From the NCBI GenBank assembly GCA_051362555.1, contig CM120644.1:24016534-24080533 (forward strand): a stretch of DNA of 64,000 nucleotides, read 5' to 3'. Positions 1-64,000 of this stretch are shown here, piece by piece. Every line of letters starts with the position of its first letter. Within the stretch, counting starts at the first letter, position 1. This stretch comes from Lingula anatina. Its lineage: Eukaryota > Animalia > Brachiopoda. The notes beneath the pieces were generated by a model, which was given only the letters and a program-made list of their open reading frames with translations, had not been told where the DNA came from and searched no databases. The position numbers were made by a program, and so were the translations under genes.

Positions 1-204
1 AAGCCAATTGTGCCATCATTTTTTATGTACAGACACAGATGTGTCTGTACATATTGCCATCACCTGCGTCTGTCGTCGCCGTCGCCGTTCATGTCGCCGT
101 TCATGTCGATGTCGCCGTCGCCGTCGCCGTGCACTTTCAGCGTTAACACCATAAGTGGAAGACAGTTTTACTTTTTGGCTTTATATTTACAGAGCTGATG
201 AATA

Positions 205-760
205 TTCATAAAACGCAGGTCAAGTTCGAAAATCAGCATGATCGGGCCATTATTGTAGAATTTATGCTGTTTTTTCACTTTTCAGCATATATGCAACACT
301 GTTAACACATTTCAAAGAAAACCGATAGGCCTGTTGTCATGAAACTCACAGGAGTAATCAATCTTACTTAAACGCAGGTCAAGTTCGAAAATCGGCATGA
401 TCGGGCCACCATTTTAGTAGTTATGCTGTTTTTTCACTTTTCAGCATATATGCAACACTGTTAACACATTTCAAAGATAACTGATAAGCCTGTTGTCATG
501 AAACTCACAGGAGTAATCAATCTTCCTAAAACGCAGGTCAAGTTCGAAAATCGGCATGATCGGGCCACCATTTTAGTAGTTATGCTGTTTTTTCACTTTT
601 CAGCATATATGCAACACTGTTAACACATTTCAAAGAAAACTGATAGGCCTGTTGTCATGAAACTCACAGGAGTAATCAATCTTACTAAAACGCAGGTCAA
701 GTTCGAAAATCAGCATAATCGGGCCATTATTTTATAAGTTATGCTGTTTTTTCACATTTC
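205..760. repeat. Tandem repeat, 159-bp unit, about 3.5 copies (central repeat of the HINE-like element)
   Basis: AAACGCAGGTCAAGTTCGAAAATC recurs at 211, 370, 529 and 688. Confidence 0.92.
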
Positions 761-2340
761 TTCTTGATTCAATTCTTAGGCATGTTAACAGTCTCATTAT
801 TTAATTAATAAGATATGTTAAAGTGTTTGCTTGACATTTCCTGCATCTTTACAACATTGTTAGTTGATTATGTAAAAATGATGGTAAACTTGTTATCATG
901 TATTGTGTAATAAAGTGTCAAAAATGGAAATAAACTCATATTATTGCAGTTTGTAAGATTCAATCATTCATTATGTTCAGAAACTCAGAATGGAGGAAAT
1001 TGGACATTTGACACTGTTCTATTGATATTTTTCACATCTCATCAACTTTCTTAGTTGAACATATAAAAATGGCAGTAAACTGTTAATTTTGTTTTATGTT
1101 AAAAAAGTGTTAAAAATGGAAATAAACGCATTTCATTACAGTACTGTCTTGTTTCACATTTCCTCAGATTCAATTCTTAGGCATGTTAACAGTCTCATCA
1201 TTTAACTAATAAGATACGTAAAAGTCTTTGTTTAACATTTCCTGCATCTTTGCAACATTGTTAGTTGATTATGTAAAAATGATGGTAAGCTTGTTATCAT
1301 GTATTGTATAATAGAGTTTCAAAAATGGAAATAAACTCTTATCATTGCAGTTTGTCAGATTCATTCATTCATTCACTATGTTCAGAAACTCAGAATGGAG
1401 GAAATTGGACATTAAACACTGTTCTATTGATATTTTTCCCATCTCATCAATTTTCTTAGTTGATCATATAAAAATGGCAGTAAAGTGTTAATTTTGTTAT
1501 ATGTTAAAAAATTGTTAAAAATGGAAAAAAATGCATTTCAGGACAGTACTGTCTTGTCTACATTTTGGCATTTTCAAGTTGTGACTTTGAAGTTCCATGG
1601 GCCTGAAGACCTTTGCTAGTCACATTTTCTGAATATCCATGATACTAATATTTTATTATTAAAAATTGATGGTTATTATCCTGTTAAACATTATGTAATA
1701 TTGCATCAAAATTTGAAGAAACCCCTATTTTGGACACTGCTCCCTTAATGACCATTTAAAGAAAACTATGTCAACTGTTCTCAAACTTACAGGAAAGAAA
1801 CATGGGACTAAAATACAGTTTCATTAGGCAGTGCAGTCTATTTGGTAAATTTTTCTGGCAGTTAATCAGTTTTTTGTGAAAATTTAATTTTTCACATATT
1901 GGCAATTTCAAGGTGTGACTTAGAACCACCTTGGGCTTGAAGACCCATGCTAGTCACATTTTCTGAAAATCCACGATACGTATATTTTATTATTAAAAAC
2001 TGATGTTCTTTATGCTGTTAAGCATTATGAAATATTGCATCAAAATAGAATAAAACACAATATTGGGTATTGCTGCCATGATGACCATCATGGGAAAACC
2101 ATATTACTTATGATTGTCAAACTTTTAAAAAAGAAACACAGGACTAAAATGCAGCTCGAGTTGGAAAAGCAGTCTAATTGACTTTTTTTTTTGGAAGTTT
2201 TACATTTTCAAAGTGTGAACTTGAACTCCCATGGGCCTTGAAGCCTTATGCTTGTTACACATTTTACTTACATTGGTATTACCTGTTGAGCATAATTAAA
2301 ATTTGATGTTGAATTTTCAGTTTAACATAATGTACTTTTA
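750..2340. repeat. Two further diverged tandem arrays (about 400-bp unit x2; about 320-330-bp unit x2.5)
   Basis: GATTCAATTCTTAGGCATGTTAACAGTCTCAT at about 766 and 1167; GTGACTT...GGGC(C/T)TGAAG(A)CC..TGCT at about 1581, 1914 and 2215. Confidence 0.8.
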
Positions 2341-3000
2341 CATCAGAATTGACAGTAGCCTATTTTGTTATTTCCTGCTTTTTGTCTGTACATTTGACAG
2401 CTTTGCTGCCTTGTTTTATTAAAAGTATCAGTTTATTATGATATATCTCAGCATTATAGGAATGTACGTATGTATTTTAACAGAAGAAATTGTCGCCACA
2501 TATTTCTTTTAGTTCACAGGTTTCTTTATACAGTTTTCCATGACATAACTATCCATAAAGAAAAAAAAAAAAAAAAAAAAAAATGTCTGTCCGTTTCTTG
2601 TCTAAAGATGGCAGTATTCCATGGCATAACTAAAAAAAATATGTATATGAGATAGTGATGGACAGATATGTTACTAGTACTCTGATCATCGCTGTTTATT
2701 TAAAATAATATCCGATTTGTTTTTGAAGGTTTTAAAGTCAAAAGTAGTTTTGAAGTGAGAGATAATGATCAGGCTCAGCTCATTCCACAAATATATTATA
2801 AGCAATTGAAATATAGCAATTAGTTATTTAAGAAATGGAGTTCTCTTCAACTGGTCTGTTATATACTTTATGCACAAATGTACAATAGATTTATTCAGTG
2901 AAATACCCTAAAGTTTACTATGATTGTCTAATAGTATTGTGTAATGAAGATAAAAATATAATTTGTTTCTCAACAGACTGTCCATGTTGTCTTTTCCGAA

Positions 3001-3210
3001 CCCCTAGGAAAATTTAAGGTTTGCAGCAAATTTGGTGCCGCACACTCAACAATAATTTAGCTAGAACCTGTTTGCAGTTGGCCAATGGTCACAAGAAGAA
3101 TATAAGTTGCTGCAATTTTGCAGGAAGTTGGCAAGGAAGATTTCCAACCTAGTTTGCATGGTAAAATTGCTTCTTGCAAATTTGCTGCAAACTTTATATT
3201 TTGCTAAGGG
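3001..3210. mobile_element. MITE with CCC...GGG terminal inverted repeats
   Basis: CCCCTAGGAAAATTTAAGGTTTGCAGCAAATTT versus AAATTTGCTGCAAACTTTATATTTTGCTAAGGG; AA flanks both ends. Confidence 0.65.
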
Positions 3211-3395
3211 AAGCTCTGAAGCTTATAGTGTTCAAACAGTCAAGTGATAAACAGTAAAAGTTCAGAATGTCATGTCATGTCAAATATCATTATGAAAAGA
3301 TGTTGTCTTAATGGTAATGTTTACTTTGAGTCAGATTTCTAAACATACACTTGTATGTGAGGTGTTCATCTCGTGTCAATAGTCATAACTATCAG

Positions 3396-3610
3396 AGGGC
3401 ATTCCCAGAGATTTAGATCGATCTTACTAGATCGACCTAACTCCCTGGGGGTTCACGCTAAATTGCAGTCAGCTGACCACGCATGGAAGTTAATTACCTC
3501 CTTACAGCTTGTAGTAGGCGGGACGGACATTTAAGCCGGATTATCTGACAGTAATCTAGTGAGACTCCCCACGGGGATAGATGGATCTAAAATCTATGGG
3601 AATGCACCCT
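3396..3610. mobile_element. MITE (about 215 bp), copy 1
   Basis: TIRs AGGGCATTCCCAGAGATTTAGATC / GATCTAAAATCTATGGGAATGCACCCT; a near-identical body recurs at 9571-9785. Confidence 0.75.
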
Positions 3611-4817
3611 AAGTTATGCCTGATTCACTGTTCACATAATTATGACTTCAAATAGTTGACTTTATACTTAATACGTCTAATAGACTAGCATGAGTGACAG
3701 ATTGTTTAAGTGTTTGTGTCAAAAAGAAAATGTTCCTGAATCTAGGATATGTTCTTGTTATGAGGTGTCATCTTTTCGTATTCCGCAAACTATGTCACAG
3801 TGACGAAATTTGGAAATAAATAGTACATTGCACAAGGAAGCTCTTCTGCAGTATATTTTAGTGCTGCGTGAAAATATTACATGTTGATAGAACAGTTGCT
3901 TACATTACACTTGAAGTAAGGTTTCGTGCTTACAGCTGGTGCCTTTAAGTTCTAAATATTTAGAACATGTACGCAATACAACTAAAGAACAGCAATGTGT
4001 CATATTTAAGGTCTCACTGCCGAGATCAGAACAGTGATGCCTGGGTAAAGAGAGACAGAAATTATTTTACAAAACCAGTTAATTGAATTAGGGCGAAAGT
4101 TGAATTCTTGCTGACAGAATTGCACCAGCCACGAGCATGCATCAGTCACACTCATGACTACGACACGTCAAAAATCATTATGAAAATTGTTTATAAACAC
4201 AAGATTCATGTTTACAACATTTTATTTAAAACATCGCCTCCAACCCACCTCAGGCTAGCATTACAGAGTCCCATCCCTACAAAGAGGAGCTTCAATTTCT
4301 CTTGAACAACATGTACTTTACAAAGTGCAACAAGTTCAGCTATTACTTAAATACTTAAAACACAGATATTTTACTTTTTAAGATTTGTTATTTTTAGACA
4401 ATACAACAGTTTTGATTTCTATAAAGGAGAAGTGGGTTTTTTTTTTTCCATACTCCTAGAATTAAGAGTAATAACTATATACTGTTAGTCTGTACAGTCT
4501 AATGAAAAAACCCTTCTCAGATGAGAACAAAGTGACATTTTACAATTATACACACATTCTCCTCTCCTCTCTCAGTCTACTGCATTGTACAACTAATTAA
4601 TATTCAGCACTAATTTACATGACATTAATTTGAAATAAGAAAGGGAAAAAGCAAAGCAGAAATTTCTTGGATAAAAAATAAAGAAATACAATAACAAAAA
4701 CAGTCACATTCCTTGCAGTCACACTGCAAAGGGCTATGATAGAAAATACCAACAATGTTACCATTTCTACTTTACAATATAATAATAGTAAAAGTACATC
4801 AAATGCCCCCCCCCCCC

Positions 4818-4850
<33 letters not shown>

Positions 4851-5876
4851 CATTTTTAGTTTTGGGACTTATCTCTTAGAAAAATCTTGCTTGTTTCATA
4901 TCATGACGTAGGCTGCGTTCAAGTGAAAAATCTATTTTCTAAAAATCTATTTGCGGTATTTTGTGATCACGGGCAGCGCGAGCCACTTACTTCCAAAGCT
5001 GTAATTAATTCTCGGCTGTGCTCAGAGGAGATTCTGACACCTTGACGCATGGGCAGTAGTATCTCTTAGCTGTGGAGTTCATCAGTTTAGTTGTGACGAC
5101 TCAAGCATACAGACGCGTAATATGGCTAATGGTAGTGCTTGTTGTTGCACAAAATCAACAAACACATTTTTCAAAGCAAATGCGACCGCCATTTACTTTC
5201 TAACTTCCTGCTACGCATGCGTCAAGGCATGAGAATCTCCTCCTGTTATCTGTACATTTGTCCTCATTTTAAGGCTTGTGCTGATGTAAAACATGAATTG
5301 CAATTCTTCCAGCACTCCTGTAGTATACAGAATACATATAACTGCAATTAGCTGAGCTAAGCATACAAAATACATGAAACATAACACTGATAGGATTACA
5401 AAATGTACCTTTAAGACAATATCAAACAAATATAACCTTACAAGGAAAAAAAAATACTCCTGGACTCTTCTGTTGTAATGTTGTGCTCAGAATAACTCAA
5501 CTTGTTCTACAAATTAAAAAAGTTCCTGGCCATAGAAACCTTGCACTTTTTCCTCACAACTGTCAGTTTGAGTCTGACAATGGTCAACTGTCACGCCATT
5601 TTACCAATGAACAATAGTTTTCTGTACCACACCAGTTTAACTGGCCCTGATATGTAATTACGGCATTATGCAGTGGGATTTTTTCACTCCTTTTCATATG
5701 TACGTATCGAAATAAACGCAGTAAAGTGGCCATGCACAGCGCAGGGAGTCTGTTAAGATGAGACTCTTACATTTCAAAGGATCAATCTCTCTAAACAGCA
5801 TGATACAGAAAACTATACCATTCAGAGTGAAAATGGCTTTTGATAGATCTCTATAGATAAATCTCCATTTTGTTCC

Positions 5877-14951
<9,075 letters not shown>

Positions 14952-15228
14952 TGCACTGGCTTCACCGGGCAGAAATCTCGAGCACCTTGCCACATCTCGC
15001 GAGATGATGGCGGCTTAACGTCTTTTCATTTTGCGACATAATTTTAAATCTGTTTTCCCCACTGTGACATATGTTTTGGCAAAAAACGAATTGGTTGATG
15101 TTTCTTTTCTTCCATGTCAATTGCTGATATCTTAAATGACCCAATCTATAAAATAAACCGCATTTGAGAAGTTTACTTCCGTTATATGACGTCACGAGTG
15201 AAATTCCCCCGCTACACCGACAACAAAG
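14952..15228. promoter_or_regulatory. Bidirectional promoter region between CDK5 and SMARCD
   Basis: 277 bp between divergent ATGs, locally CpG-rich. Contains palindrome TCTCGCGAGA (14995-15004), ATGGCGGC (15007-15014), ATTGG/CCAAT (15090, 15141), CRE TGACGTCA (15187-15194), and a YY1-type AAGATGGCGGC over the SMARCD ATG. Confidence 0.8.
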
Positions 15229-63865
<48,637 letters not shown>

Positions 63866-63875
63866 GTAAGTATCT

Positions 63876-63990
63876 AGGTCAGATTCTAATTAGGTCATAT
63901 TCTAATTAGGTCATCAGTAACTAGGTCATCTTCTAATTAGGTCATCAGTAACTAGGTCACATGTCTTAGGCATCAAATTAGGTCACATAT
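63876..63990. repeat. Short 15-17-bp tandem repeat built on TAA(T/C)TAGGTCA
   Basis: About 7 TAGGTCA copies immediately after the donor at 63866. Confidence 0.85.
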
Positions 63991-64000
63991 CAAAGGCAAT

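Larger units (their letters stand above)
19..2415 (+). mobile_element. Non-autonomous Helentron-associated (HINE/DINE-1-type) element with internal tandem arrays
   Basis: T-run, then sub-terminal inverted repeat ATGTACAGACA...TGTCTGTACAT (25-52) and a GTCGCC microsatellite (72-130), followed by internal tandem arrays. At the far end are TGTCTGTACAT (2383-2393), a small hairpin GACAGC-TTT-GCTGCC and TTGTT. The architecture matches described HINE/DINE-1 elements; the family was not verified by search. Confidence 0.65.

Overview
AT-rich, intron-rich metazoan (invertebrate, probably lophotrochozoan) genomic DNA. Two conserved genes lie head-to-head, with start codons 277 bp apart. CDK5 is on the minus strand, complete, with 11 coding exons (5877-14951). 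The SWI/SNF subunit SMARCD/BAF60 is on the plus strand from 15229 and runs off the window end. Both genes carry intronic cargo. (1) The 32.8-kb SMARCD intron 27399-60239 hosts an antisense tandem array of six intronless RING-Bbox-coiled-coil-NHL (TRIM-NHL) genes, one with a single nonsense codon. The copies are mosaics of one another and vary mostly in the loops expected on one face of the NHL propeller. (2) SMARCD intron 2 (16059-26849) hides at least five frame-preserving 18-30 nt microexons encoding related (K/R)SK(D/E/Q) peptides, among numerous TGCATG motifs. (3) The last CDK5 intron holds a same-strand single-exon ORF with a poly-Glu tail. Also present: a very young non-autonomous LTR element, a decayed Tc1 transposon, a Helentron/HINE-type element, several MITEs, and tandem repeats seeded on SMARCD splice junctions. 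All calls were made by eye from the sequence and ORF track; no database search was run.
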